64,000 bases of DNA from Candidatus Latescibacterota bacterium. Its GTDB lineage: Bacteria; Latescibacterota; UBA2968; UBA8231. Shown here piece after piece: positions 17,310-27,300 of this stretch. Each line of letters starts with the position of its first letter. The first letter of the stretch is position 1. A program made the position numbers and the translations under genes. The stretch spans positions 1,504,001 to 1,568,000 of the forward strand of contig CBDCSU010000006.1 of the NCBI GenBank assembly GCA_965221775.1. The letters are read 5' to 3'. The notes beneath the pieces were generated by a model, which saw nothing but the letters and a program-made list of their open reading frames with translations, ran no database searches and had not been told where the DNA came from.

Positions 17310-18776
17310 TTACTGGTTCCACTCGTACTTGCCGCGGTCGGCGCGCCGGTAGTCCCCGGGGCCGCGGCCCATCCAGCAGGCGCCGCCGGAGTCGACCTCG
17401 ATCAGCCTCGGCGACACGGGCTCGTACGCGGCGCGCGGGGCGACGGCGCCCTTGGCGACCAGGATCTTCTGCTGCTCCGGCGCGATGCCGGCACTGGTGA
17501 TCTGGTGGATGCTCATGGGCGGCTGGCGGTTGCTGTCGAGGACGAGCAGCCCCTCCCCCTGGCCGCAGGGCACGCGCAGGACGGCGGTGAGACCCTGGTT
17601 GTGGTGGCGCCCGCCGCCGTGGCGGCGCTCGCGCTCCTCGTAGCGGCCGTCGGACAGGGTGCGCACCGTGCCCTTCACCCGCTGCGGGTCCCCGTGCATG
17701 TCGTCGGTCTTGCCGCCGGCGTCGAGCTCCACCTCGGCGCCGATGCCGGCGGCGGCGCAGGCCCGCACCGCCTCCGGATCCCACAGGGTCACCACCCAGC
17801 CGTCGGCGCTCTGCGCCAGCAGCTCTTCCAGGATCAGGGTGGAGTCCCCCGTGGAGCCGCCGCCGATGTTGTCGCCCACGTCGAGGAGGGTCACCGGGTG
17901 CTCGTCGCTCTCCATGGCCTGGCGCACCGCCTCGGCCGGGCCGGGCAGCCCCGGGATCATCTGATCGCGCGCTTCCCACATCGCCGCTGACAGAGCGTCC
18001 GCCTCGGCGCGGGCCAGCTCCGGGTCGCCGTCGGCAACGACGACCACCGAGGGGCCCATGAACTCCACGTCGGCGTACTGATAGCCGCCGGCGACCGAGC
18101 AGGAGAGGATCCCCTCCCGCTGCTCCAGCTCCACGGCGCGGGCCAGGATGGGCTGCACGGGCGGCAGGCTGGTGTTGTGGAAGCAGATGTTCAGCACCAG
18201 CCGCGGTTGAGCCAGGGCCATGGCGGGCCTCACCTCGCCGCGCGCGGTGCGCGCCAGGATCGACGCCGCCTCCCAGCCGCGCTCGCGCTGGTCGACGTGG
18301 GGGTTGGTCTTGTAGATGACCAGGGCGTCGGCCGCCTCCACCAGGGAGGGCGGCACGTTGGCGTGGTAGTCGTGGGTGACGACGAGGGGCATCTCCGGGC
18401 CCACCAGCTCTCGCACGCGGCGCACGACCTCGGCGTCGCCGTGGGGGTACTCCTCGGCGACCATGGCGCCGTGCAGGGCGAGCAGGACCCCGTCGACGGC
18501 GCCCAGATCCTCCAGGCCGGCGAGGATGCGGCCGCAGAGTTCCTCGAAGGCGCCGCGGGAGACCGGCCCGGCGGGGGTGGCCGAGGCCGAGAGGATGGGA
18601 CACAGCTCCAGGCCCAGGTCCGCGGCGGCGGCCACGTACCCGGCGATCTCGTGGTAGGTGTCGGCATGCCGGGCCAGCATCTCCTGCCCCGTGAGGATGC
18701 CGAAGTCCTCGAGGCGGGTGGGCTGCACGGAGAAGGTGTTCGACTCGTGGGCGAAGCCGGCGACGGCGATTCTCAA
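17310..18776 (-). CDS. M81/MlrC family metallopeptidase
   Basis: HESNTFS, LHGAM, HDYHAN, NPHVD and DNIGGG motifs. Confidence 0.92.
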   Translation of the reverse strand: MRIAVAGFAHESNTFSVQPTRLEDFGILTGQEMLARHADTYHEIAGYVAAAADLGLELCPILSASATPAGPVSRGAFEELCGRILAGLEDLGAVDGVLLALHGAMVAEEYPHGDAEVVRRVRELVGPEMPLVVTHDYHANVPPSLVEAADALVIYKTNPHVDQRERGWEAASILARTARGEVRPAMALAQPRLVLNICFHNTSLPPVQPILARAVELEQREGILSCSVAGGYQYADVEFMGPSVVVVADGDPELARAEADALSAAMWEARDQMIPGLPGPAEAVRQAMESDEHPVTLLDVGDNIGGGSTGDSTLILEELLAQSADGWVVTLWDPEAVRACAAAGIGAEVELDAGGKTDDMHGDPQRVKGTVRTLSDGRYEERERRHGGGRHHNQGLTAVLRVPCGQGEGLLVLDSNRQPPMSIHQITSAGIAPEQQKILVAKGAVAPRAAYEPVSPRLIEVDSGGACWMGRGPGDYRRADRGKYEWNQ

Positions 18777-19417
18777 GTGTGCTCTCCCTTCAGCAGTCCG
18801 CGGTAGAGGCCGCCGGCGAGGGCCGCCCCGAGGAAGGTCCCCACCAGGTAGATCCAGAACAGGTGCAGCGTGTCGGTGAACACCGCCGGCCCCAGGGTGC
18901 GGGCCGGGTTGAGAGAAGCGCCGGTGAGGGGGCCGCCCATGAGGATGCAGAAGATCAGGGTGAGGCCGATGGCGGCAAGCCCGAGTTCGCCCCCGCGGCC
19001 GCTGACGGCGGTGACGAGGATGGAGGTGACGAGCATGAAGGTGAGGATCGCCTCCAGGACGAGGGCCTGGCCGTGGCTGACGCCCGGGGCCGGGACGGTG
19101 GCGCCCAGGGAGTCGGTGAAGCCGCCCACGGTCAGCTGGAGAGCGAGGGCGGCGACGAGGCCGCCAGACAGCTGGGCGAGCCAGCAGGCGGGCAGATGGA
19201 CCGCCTTCACCACGCCGGCGGCGAAGAGCCCGAGGGTGACGGCGGGGTTGATGTGAGGGGCGCGGCGGCCCCAGACGAAGCTGAAGGCGAGGACGACGAA
19301 GCCGTGGGCGAAGGCGGCGCCCAGGAGGCCGCCCACACCCGCGGCCACGGCGCCGGCGCCGATGAAGACGAGGGTGAAGGTCCCCGCCAGCTCCGCCGCG
19401 TATGCCCTGGCCTCCAT
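18773..19417 (-). CDS. MIP/aquaporin family channel
   Basis: AELAGTF and two NPA boxes (HINPAV, SLNPART). Confidence 0.93.
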   Translation of the reverse strand: MEARAYAAELAGTFTLVFIGAGAVAAGVGGLLGAAFAHGFVVLAFSFVWGRRAPHINPAVTLGLFAAGVVKAVHLPACWLAQLSGGLVAALALQLTVGGFTDSLGATVPAPGVSHGQALVLEAILTFMLVTSILVTAVSGRGGELGLAAIGLTLIFCILMGGPLTGASLNPARTLGPAVFTDTLHLFWIYLVGTFLGAALAGGLYRGLLKGEHT

Positions 19418-19476
19418 GGAGGTGCTTAACTTAGTGGCCCTCCCCGCCCGCCGCACCCGGAGCCTCGCTTCCAGCC

Positions 19477-20562
19477 ATGCGCATCCTCTTCATCGCCCGC
19501 CGCTACCCGCCCTCCCTCGGCGGGCTCCAGACCCACGCCTTCAAGCTCTTCACCTACCTGAGCCAGCGGCTGCCGGTGACCCGGGTGACCCTGGGGCGCG
19601 ACTCGGTCCTGCACCTGGCCTGGTTTCTGCCCTGGGCGTGGCTGCGGGCGGCCCTGGCGCTGCTGGCGCGGCGGGTCGACCTGGTCTACTTCGGCGACGG
19701 CGTCGCCGCCTCCCTCGCCTGGACCCTGGCGCCGCTGCGCGGCCGGGCCCGCTTCTGCTGCACCCTCAACGGCCTGGAGATGACCTTCCCCGACCGCCGC
19801 GCGCGGGCCCTGATGCGGGCCGGGACCCTGCGCTGCCACGGCGTCGCCGTGTACAGCGAGAACTCCGGGCGCATCGCCGCCGAGGCCTGGGGCGTCCCCC
19901 GGGAGCGGATGCGCCTCATCCACCTGGGGGCCGAGCCGGTGGAGCCGCCGCCGGAGCGCGACGAGGAGCTGCGCCGCGCCTTCGAGGCCGAGCACGGAGT
20001 CGCCTTCGGCCGCGACCGGCTGCTGCTCAACGTGGGGCGCATGGTGCCGCGCAAGGGCCTGGCCCGGTTCGTCGAGCGCGGCATGCCGCTGCTGGCCGCC
20101 GACGTGCGCCTCCTCGTCGTCGGCGACGGGCCCGACGCCGGCCTCGTGCGCCAGGCCCGGGAAGGCCTCGACGACCCCGGCCGGGTGCTGCTCCTCGGCG
20201 TCCTCGACGACGACACCTGCTCCATGCTGCGGCGCCACTGCGACCTGTTCCTCATGCCCAACGTGGCCACCGAGGGCGACGTGGAGGGCTTCGGCATCGC
20301 CCCCCTGGAGGCGATGTACTTCGGCACGCCGGTGGTCGCCTTCGCCGTGGACGCCCTGGTGGAAGCGGTGCGCGAGGGGGGGTGGCTGGCGCCGGCGGGC
20401 GACTACCCGGCCTTTGCCGGCGCGGTGCAAGCCTTCTACGATCTGACCCCGGAGGAACGCCGCGCCGCCGGCGAGGCGGCCCGCCGCTACTGCCGCCGCG
20501 AGTACACCTGGGACACGGCCTCGTCCCGCTATCTCGATTTCTTCAAGGAGCTGAGGAGCTGA
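19477..20562 (+). CDS. Glycosyltransferase family 4
   Basis: YPPSLGG, VGRMVPRKG, VGDGP and EGFGIAPLEA motifs. Confidence 0.92.
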   Translation: MRILFIARRYPPSLGGLQTHAFKLFTYLSQRLPVTRVTLGRDSVLHLAWFLPWAWLRAALALLARRVDLVYFGDGVAASLAWTLAPLRGRARFCCTLNGLEMTFPDRRARALMRAGTLRCHGVAVYSENSGRIAAEAWGVPRERMRLIHLGAEPVEPPPERDEELRRAFEAEHGVAFGRDRLLLNVGRMVPRKGLARFVERGMPLLAADVRLLVVGDGPDAGLVRQAREGLDDPGRVLLLGVLDDDTCSMLRRHCDLFLMPNVATEGDVEGFGIAPLEAMYFGTPVVAFAVDALVEAVREGGWLAPAGDYPAFAGAVQAFYDLTPEERRAAGEAARRYCRREYTWDTASSRYLDFFKELRS

Positions 20563-20564
20563 CC

Positions 20565-21614
20565 GTGCACTACACCGAGCTGGACACGCCCGCCCTGTGC
20601 GCCGACCTCGACATCCTCGACCGCAACATCGCGCAGCTCCAGGCCGCCTGCGACGCCCTGGAGATCGACCTGCGGGTGCACACCAAGACCCACAAGACCC
20701 CGGCCATCGCCCGCAAGCAGATCGACGCCGGCGCCGTGGGGATCGTGGCCCAGAAGCTGGGCGAGGCGGAGGCGATGGCCGAGGGCGGCATCGAGGACAT
20801 CCTGATCCCCTACAACATCGTCGGGGCCCCCAAGATGCGGCGGCTGACGGAGCTGGTGAAGTCGGGAAAGACGACGCTCACCGTGGCCGCCGACTCCGCC
20901 GCCACCGTGGAGGGCATTTCCTCCGCCGCGGCGGCGGCGGGCTGCGCGGTGAGGGTGATCGTCGAGATGGACACCGGCGGCGGCCGCGTGGGCGTGCAGT
21001 CGCCGCGGGAGACGCTGGAGCTGGCGCGGCTCATCGACCGCCTGCCGGGGACCGAGTTCCTCGGCGTCATGACCTACCCCAGCCGCGAGGGGGCCCGGCC
21101 CTTCCTCGACGAGGTCCGCGGGCTGATCGCGGGCGCCGGCCTGCCCCTGCACATGATCAGCGGCGGCGGCACCGGCAGCGAGGAGGTCTCCAAGGCGATC
21201 GGCTGCACCGAGACCCGCATCGGCTCCTACGCCTGGGAGGGCATGACCCGCGTCGGCCGGCGGGAGGACCTCGACCCCTCGCGCTGCCCCCTGCGCCTGG
21301 TGACCACCGTCGTATCCACCTCGGTCCCGGGCCAGGCGATCGTCGACGCCGGGATGAAGGCCTTCACCAGCTATCCACCGATTCCCCACGGCTACTGCCT
21401 CGAGCATCCGGAGGTCCACCTCAAGGGCATGTCGGTGGAGCACGGCCACGTGGACACCACTGCCTCCGGGCATACATTCTCGGTCGGCCAGATCCTCTCC
21501 TGGATCCCCCTCCACGGCGGCATGACCACCAACCTCCACGACCGGATCTTCGTCCTGAAGGACGGACAGGTGGTCGACGAGTGGCCCGTGGCCGGGCGCG
21601 GCCGGGCCCAGTAG
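20565..21614 (+). CDS. PLP fold-type III enzyme, DSD1/D-threonine aldolase-like
   Basis: LDTPAL, HTKTHK (PLP Lys), EMDTGGGRVG, SGGGT, DAGMK and SVEHG motifs. Confidence 0.88.
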   Translation: MHYTELDTPALCADLDILDRNIAQLQAACDALEIDLRVHTKTHKTPAIARKQIDAGAVGIVAQKLGEAEAMAEGGIEDILIPYNIVGAPKMRRLTELVKSGKTTLTVAADSAATVEGISSAAAAAGCAVRVIVEMDTGGGRVGVQSPRETLELARLIDRLPGTEFLGVMTYPSREGARPFLDEVRGLIAGAGLPLHMISGGGTGSEEVSKAIGCTETRIGSYAWEGMTRVGRREDLDPSRCPLRLVTTVVSTSVPGQAIVDAGMKAFTSYPPIPHGYCLEHPEVHLKGMSVEHGHVDTTASGHTFSVGQILSWIPLHGGMTTNLHDRIFVLKDGQVVDEWPVAGRGRAQ

Positions 21615-21641
21615 ACCGAGCAGAACCGAAGGAGCCCAAGC

Positions 21642-22538
21642 ATGGAGATCCAGCCCTCCGGCGGCAGCGTCGTCGAGGTCGACGCCACCAACTTCGAGCA
21701 GGTCGTCCTCCAGGGATCGCGGGACAAGGTCGTCGTCGTCGACTTCTGGGCCGAGTGGTGCGGGCCGTGCAAGACCCTGGGCCCGATCCTCGAGGACGCG
21801 GTCACCGCCATGGGACCGAAGGTGGTGCTGGCCAAGGTCGACATCGACGCCAACCAGGACCTGGCCATGGCCTTCCGGGTGCAGAGCATTCCGGCGGTCA
21901 AGATCGTCAAGAACGGGCAGCTGGCCGACGAGTTCACCGGCGCCCTGCCGCGCGAGCAGGTGGAGGAGATCCTGCGGCGCCACGTGCCCGAGGCGCCGCC
22001 GACCCCGGCCGAGGAGATGGGGGACCTGGCCGACGCCGCCCGGCAGCAGCTCGAGATGGGCGACGTGGCCTCGGCGGAGCACCTGTTCTCCGAGGTCCTG
22101 CGCGAGGACGAGAGCAGCGGCCCCGGCCTGCTGGGAATGGCCCGCGTGCGCCTGATGCAGGACGCCGGCGAGGAAGCCGTGCGCAGCCTGGTGGACCGCA
22201 TCGAGCAGGGGACCCCCGAGTGGGAGCAGGGGCGGGCGCTGCTGCACCACCTGGAGCTGAGCGCCGCCTGCGAGGGCGGCGGCGGCCCCCGGGCCTGCGC
22301 CGAGCGCCTGCTCGCCGACCCCGACGACATGGAGGCCCGCTATCTCGTGGGCTGCTGCGCCGCCGCCGCCAGCGACTACGACACGGCCCTGCGCGAGTGG
22401 TTCGCCGTGGTGGAGAAGGACCGCAACTTCCGGGACGGGGCCGCCAAGGACGCCATGGTCTCCGTCTTCCACCTGCTGGGGCGCCAGCACCCCGCCGTGG
22501 CCGACTACCCACAGCGCCTCTACCGCATCCTGTACTGA
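21642..22538 (+). CDS. cnoX: Thioredoxin-TPR chaperedoxin (CnoX/YbbN family)
   Basis: DFWAEWCGPCK thioredoxin domain, SIPAV, C-terminal TPR-like helices. Confidence 0.85.
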   Translation: MEIQPSGGSVVEVDATNFEQVVLQGSRDKVVVVDFWAEWCGPCKTLGPILEDAVTAMGPKVVLAKVDIDANQDLAMAFRVQSIPAVKIVKNGQLADEFTGALPREQVEEILRRHVPEAPPTPAEEMGDLADAARQQLEMGDVASAEHLFSEVLREDESSGPGLLGMARVRLMQDAGEEAVRSLVDRIEQGTPEWEQGRALLHHLELSAACEGGGGPRACAERLLADPDDMEARYLVGCCAAAASDYDTALREWFAVVEKDRNFRDGAAKDAMVSVFHLLGRQHPAVADYPQRLYRILY

Positions 22539-22553
22539 GACCCGCGCCGGCCT

Positions 22554-23210
22554 TCAGCCCTCCCGCCGGCCGACCACCGATACCGCCAGCCACCCCCCCA
22601 CGGGGAGGATGTGCGACACCAGCCGCGGGTCGTCGGCGACCCGGCGGTTGTAGGTCTGGATGCCGCGGCGTCCGTCGCCGGGCTCCAGGACCTCGTGGGC
22701 GTGGCCGTGGCCGTTGGCGTTGTCGGCGATGATCAGCCCGCCTTCGCGCACGTGGCGCAGGGAGAAGTCCAGGTAGCCCGGGTAGTTCTCCTTGTCGGCG
22801 TCGATGAAGGCGAGGTCGAAGGGCCCTTCCGGCTCGACGGAGGCCATCGTCTCCAGGGCGGGGCCGAGGCGGACCTCGGCGCGGTCGGCGACGCCGGCGC
22901 GCTCGAAGTTGCGCCGCGTCAGGCCGGCGTGCTTCTCCTCCACCTCGAGGCTGATCAGGCGGCCGCCGGGGGGCAGGGCCCGGGCCAGCCAGATGCCCGA
23001 GTACCCGGCCAGGGCCCCGAACTCGAGGATGCGGCGGGCGTTCACGGCGCGGGCCAGCAGGTGCAGCACCTTGCCGGCGTCGGCGCTCACCGAGATCCCG
23101 GGGACCCCGGCCGCCGTGGCCTCGGGCATGACGCCGCGCAGGACCTCGTCCTCGTCGACGAACAAGTCGAGGCGGTAGCTCTCCAGGTCGGGATGGGTCG
23201 TCCGTGTCAT
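22554..23210 (-). CDS. O-methyltransferase (CCoAOMT/COMT-like, Methyltransf_3)
   Basis: ILEFGALAGYS, FDLAFIDADKENY and IADN motifs. Confidence 0.92.
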   Translation of the reverse strand: MTRTTHPDLESYRLDLFVDEDEVLRGVMPEATAAGVPGISVSADAGKVLHLLARAVNARRILEFGALAGYSGIWLARALPPGGRLISLEVEEKHAGLTRRNFERAGVADRAEVRLGPALETMASVEPEGPFDLAFIDADKENYPGYLDFSLRHVREGGLIIADNANGHGHAHEVLEPGDGRRGIQTYNRRVADDPRLVSHILPVGGWLAVSVVGRREG

Positions 23211-24841
23211 TGGGGCAGGCCTCCGCGGATGGGTACGTGCAGGACCACCGGCCGCGACTCCCCGAGGCCCTGGCGGAGGGCCTCGCGCAGGTGGTCCACC
23301 TCCTCGACGCGGACCCCCAGGGCGCCGCAGGCCTCGGCCGCGGCGGCGAAGTCGAAGGGCCCGAGGCCGCTGCTCCGGGGCTCGCCATAGGCGCGCAGGT
23401 CCCCGGAGAGGGTGATCCCCCAGGCCTCGTCGTCGGCGACGATCATGACGAAGGGCAGGTCCTGCCGGGCGGCGCACTCCAGGTCGGTGAGGTTGAAGGT
23501 GGCGGCGCCGTCGCCGGAGAGCAGGACCACCGGCCGGCGCGGGAACCCGAGGCGCGCCGCCATGGCGGCGCCGACCCCGTAGCCGACGACGCCGCTGGCG
23601 CCGCAGGTGAGCCAGGTGCCGGGGTAGCGGCGGCGGCCCAGGGTCTGGTGGAACCACTGGCCGATGTTGCCGCCGTCGGCGATGAGGACGGCCTCCTCCG
23701 GGGCCTCCGCGGCGACCGCCTCGCAGACCTCCAGGCCGGTGAGCCCCGCCTCGCGCAGGGCGCCGGCGGCGGGGTCGGCGCGCACCGAGGCGTCGAACTC
23801 GTCCCGGCGGCGGCGCGTCTCGGCCAGCCACTGCTCGAAGCCGGCGGTGCCGGCGGCGGCGCAGGCGTCGCCCAGGGCCTGGATGAAAGGGGCGGGCCCC
23901 GCCAGGACGGACAGGTCGGCGCGGTCCATGTGGTGCAGCCGCTCGGCGTCGACGTCGACGCGGATGACGGCGGCGTCCGGCCGCAGTGGCGGCGACTGCA
24001 GGTAGCCGACGCGGTAGTCGGCGGCCGCCCCCAGCATGAGGACGAGGTCGGCGTCCTGCAGCAGCGCCGGGCCGCCGCTGGCGGCGCCGACGACGCCGAG
24101 GTACTCGGGCCGCGCCTCGGCCACCGAGCCGCGGTCCCAGATCGGCACGGCGCAGGGGACGGCCCAGGCCGCGGCGAAGTCGGCCACCTCGCGGCCGGCG
24201 CCGCCGTAGAACACGCCGCTGCCGGCGACGATCAGGGGCCGCCGGCTGGCGGCCAGGAGATGCGCCGCCCGGCGCACGGCCTCCGGCGCCGGCGACGGGG
24301 GGCGGTCCTCCACGGGGGCGGGCATCGGCGGCGGAGCTTCGGAGAGGGCCTCCGTCTGCACGTCCATGGGAAAGGTGAGGTGCACCGGCCCCGGGCGTCC
24401 CGAGACGGCCGCGGCCAGGGCCTCGTGGACGATCTCGGGCACGCGCTCGGCGCGGTCCAGGGCGCGGGCGTACTTGCACACCGGCCGCGCCATGGCCACC
24501 TGGTCGAAGTCCTGGAAGTGCCCCTGGCCGGCCGTGCCCAGGGGCCCGGAGCCGGTGACCAGCAGCATGGGGGCGCCGTCGAAGTGGGCGTTCACCACCC
24601 CCGTGAGGGCGTTGGCGTGGGCCACCCCGGAGCTGACGGCGCAGACGCCGACGCCGCCGCTGAGCCGCCCCCAGGCCTCGGCGGCGTAGGCCGCGGTCTG
24701 CTCGTTGCGGGTGTCCACCACCCGCAGGCCGGCGCGCCCGCAGGCGCCGAAGATCTCGTTGAGGCCGTGGCCGCAGAGGGTGGAGATCCAGGTCACGCCG
24801 TGGGCCTGCAGGGCCGCCACGAGGGCGTCGGCGCCGTTCAT
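23207..24841 (-). CDS. Thiamine diphosphate-dependent enzyme (IlvB/ALS-like)
   Basis: TRNEQTAAYAA, GPVHL, DGGNIGQW and ThDP motif SGDGA...ADDEAWG. Confidence 0.9.
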   Translation of the reverse strand: MNGADALVAALQAHGVTWISTLCGHGLNEIFGACGRAGLRVVDTRNEQTAAYAAEAWGRLSGGVGVCAVSSGVAHANALTGVVNAHFDGAPMLLVTGSGPLGTAGQGHFQDFDQVAMARPVCKYARALDRAERVPEIVHEALAAAVSGRPGPVHLTFPMDVQTEALSEAPPPMPAPVEDRPPSPAPEAVRRAAHLLAASRRPLIVAGSGVFYGGAGREVADFAAAWAVPCAVPIWDRGSVAEARPEYLGVVGAASGGPALLQDADLVLMLGAAADYRVGYLQSPPLRPDAAVIRVDVDAERLHHMDRADLSVLAGPAPFIQALGDACAAAGTAGFEQWLAETRRRRDEFDASVRADPAAGALREAGLTGLEVCEAVAAEAPEEAVLIADGGNIGQWFHQTLGRRRYPGTWLTCGASGVVGYGVGAAMAARLGFPRRPVVLLSGDGAATFNLTDLECAARQDLPFVMIVADDEAWGITLSGDLRAYGEPRSSGLGPFDFAAAAEACGALGVRVEEVDHLREALRQGLGESRPVVLHVPIRGGLPQ

Positions 24842-24851
24842 CGCGGGGGCT

Positions 24852-25811
24852 TCAGGACCAGGCCGGGTAGCGGAACAGGGGGGCGCCGGCGCCGGCCTCG
24901 GGTCCCTGGGCGTCCTGATCTTCGGCCGCCGGCGCGGGGTCAGCCGGGGGCGTCGCCTCGGCCGGGGCGGTGCAGGCGTCGACGGCGGGCCAGAACAGCT
25001 CGGGGTCGCCCGGCGGCAGCAGCGAGGCGGCGCCCCGGGAGAGGGTGAAGGCGGCGGCGCGGCGGATCTGCCCCGGGTCGGCATGGGGCTCGTACCAGGT
25101 GGGCCGGGAGCGCTCCACGCCCTCGGGCCAGCGGCCCCGGGCCAGGCTCTTGAGGGCCAGCACTCCCACGCCCTGGTCCGCGGCGCGGGCCACGACCTGG
25201 GGGCCGAAGCCGGCGGACCACAGGGCGTGGTTCACGGGGAACAGGACGGTGTCGAAGGCGAAGCGGTCCATCGCCGCCAGGGCCGCCTCGACGCTGTGGG
25301 CGGAGAACCCGAGGAAGCGCACGGTGCCGGCCTCGCGGGCCTGCCGCAGGGTCTCGATGGCGCCCCCGGCGCCGAAGGCGGTCTCCACGTCTTCGCGGGT
25401 GCGCAGGGCGTGGAGCTGGTAGAGGTCGAGGCGGTCGGTGCGCAGGCGGGCCAGGGAGGAGGCCAGCTCGGCCGCGGCTTCGGCCGCGGTGCGCTTGTTG
25501 GTCTTGCTGGCCAGGAAACAGCGGTCGCGGTACGGTTCCAGGGCGGCGCCCAGGAGCTGCTCGGCGTCGCCGTAGGTGGGGGCCGCGTCGACGTAGTCGA
25601 TGCCGCGCTCGAAGGCGCGGTCCACCATGCGCCGGGCCTCGGCCTCGCCGCGGCCGCTCACGGTGATGCCGCCGAGGCCGACGACGGAGACCGAGACGCC
25701 GGTGGCGCCCAGGGGCCGGCGGGGCACACGGCCGGGGTCGGCCCAGCCGCGGCCGGCGCCGAGGCCGAGGCCGGCGGCGGAGGCCACCCGCAGGAAGTCG
25801 CGCCGATCCAT
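24852..25811 (-). CDS. Aldo/keto reductase with Tat signal
   Basis: MDRRDFL twin-arginine leader; DAAPTYG, LASK, DLYQLH and GFSAH motifs. Confidence 0.9.
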   Translation of the reverse strand: MDRRDFLRVASAAGLGLGAGRGWADPGRVPRRPLGATGVSVSVVGLGGITVSGRGEAEARRMVDRAFERGIDYVDAAPTYGDAEQLLGAALEPYRDRCFLASKTNKRTAAEAAAELASSLARLRTDRLDLYQLHALRTREDVETAFGAGGAIETLRQAREAGTVRFLGFSAHSVEAALAAMDRFAFDTVLFPVNHALWSAGFGPQVVARAADQGVGVLALKSLARGRWPEGVERSRPTWYEPHADPGQIRRAAAFTLSRGAASLLPPGDPELFWPAVDACTAPAEATPPADPAPAAEDQDAQGPEAGAGAPLFRYPAWS

Positions 25812-25905
25812 GGCGCAAACCACACCCGGCGCGCGGCGGGTGTCAAGCGGAGCGGGCACGGCGGGCCACGTGCGGGCCCCGGGCCCCGCGGCTATTCTTC
25901 GCAGC

Positions 25906-27282
25906 ATGAGAATCGACACGGACATCACCCCCCAGAGCCTGACCGCCGCCACCGACCGCTTCCTGGAGTGCAGCGGCCGCAAGATCCTCTCCATCGAGCG
26001 CAGCTGGGACCCGGCCGCCGGCGCCCCGGTGTACACGCAGGCCGGGCGCTACACCACCCGCGGGTGGACGGAGTGGACCCAGGGCTTCCAGTACGGATGC
26101 GCCGTGCTGCAGTTCGACATGACCGGCGACGAGCGCTTCCTCGAGCTGGGCCGCACCCACACGGTGGAGCGCATGGCGCCCCACGTCTCGCACGTGGGCG
26201 TCCATGACCACGGCTTCAACAACCTCTCCACCTACGGCAACCTGCGGCGCCTCATGCTCGAGGGCCGCATCCCCCACGACCCGCGGGAGCTGCAGCTCTA
26301 CGAGCTGGCCGTCAAGCTCTCCGGCGCCGTGCAGGCGGCGCGCTGGACGCCCACTGCGGCCGGCACCGGCTTCATCCACTCCTTCAACGGCCCCCACTCC
26401 CTGTTCTCCGACACGATCCGCACCCTGCGCATCCTCTGCCTCGCCGACCGCCTCGGCCACGTCCTCATGGGCGAGGGGGACCGGCCCGTCGACCTCCTCG
26501 GCCGCGCCGTGGAGCACGCCCTGACCACGGCCCGCTTCAACGTCTACTACGGCGAGGGGCGCGACGCCTGGGACGTGCCCGGCCGCGTCGCCCACGAGTC
26601 GATCTTCAACACCAACGACGGCCAGTACCGCTGCGCCAGCACCCAGCAGGGCTACTCGCCGTTCACCACCTGGACCCGCGGCCTCTCCTGGATCCTGTGC
26701 GGCTACGCCGAGCTGCTGGAGTTCTTCCGCGGCGTGCGGCCGGCGCAGCTGGAGCCCTTGGGGGTGAAGAAGCGGGACCTCGTGTCGACCATGGAGAGAG
26801 CGGCCCTGGCGGCGGCGGAGTTCCACATCGGTCACAGCTTCGCCGACGGCGTCCCCTTCTGGGACACGGGGGCCCCCGGCGCCGCCGCCTTCGGGGACTA
26901 CGCCCACCAGCCCTCCGACCCCTTCAACGACGCCGAGCCCCTGGATTCCTCGGCCGCGGCGATCTGCGCCCAGGGGTACCTGCGCCTCGGCAACTACCTG
27001 CTGAAGAGGGGCTCCCGCCGGCGCGGCGAGCGCTACCGGGCCGCCGCCTTCACCATCGCCGCGGCCCTGCTGCAGGAGCCCTACCTGGCGGCCTCGAGCC
27101 GGCACCAGGGGATCACCCTGCACGCCATCTACCACCGCCCCAACGGCTGGGACCACGTGCCCCGGGGGCGCCGCATCCCCTGCGGCGAGTCGTGCATGTG
27201 GGGCGACTACCACACCATGGAGCTGGTGCTGCTGCTTCGGCGCGAGGCCGAGGGCGGCGCCTATCCGACCTTCTTCGCCTGA
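25906..27282 (+). CDS. Unsaturated glucuronyl hydrolase-like (GH88 family)
   Basis: EWTQGF, HDHGF, WTRGLSW, DSSAAAI and WGDY motifs of the (alpha/alpha)6 barrel. Confidence 0.8.
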   Translation: MRIDTDITPQSLTAATDRFLECSGRKILSIERSWDPAAGAPVYTQAGRYTTRGWTEWTQGFQYGCAVLQFDMTGDERFLELGRTHTVERMAPHVSHVGVHDHGFNNLSTYGNLRRLMLEGRIPHDPRELQLYELAVKLSGAVQAARWTPTAAGTGFIHSFNGPHSLFSDTIRTLRILCLADRLGHVLMGEGDRPVDLLGRAVEHALTTARFNVYYGEGRDAWDVPGRVAHESIFNTNDGQYRCASTQQGYSPFTTWTRGLSWILCGYAELLEFFRGVRPAQLEPLGVKKRDLVSTMERAALAAAEFHIGHSFADGVPFWDTGAPGAAAFGDYAHQPSDPFNDAEPLDSSAAAICAQGYLRLGNYLLKRGSRRRGERYRAAAFTIAAALLQEPYLAASSRHQGITLHAIYHRPNGWDHVPRGRRIPCGESCMWGDYHTMELVLLLRREAEGGAYPTFFA

Positions 27283-27300
27283 GCCCGACTGGAGAATCCC

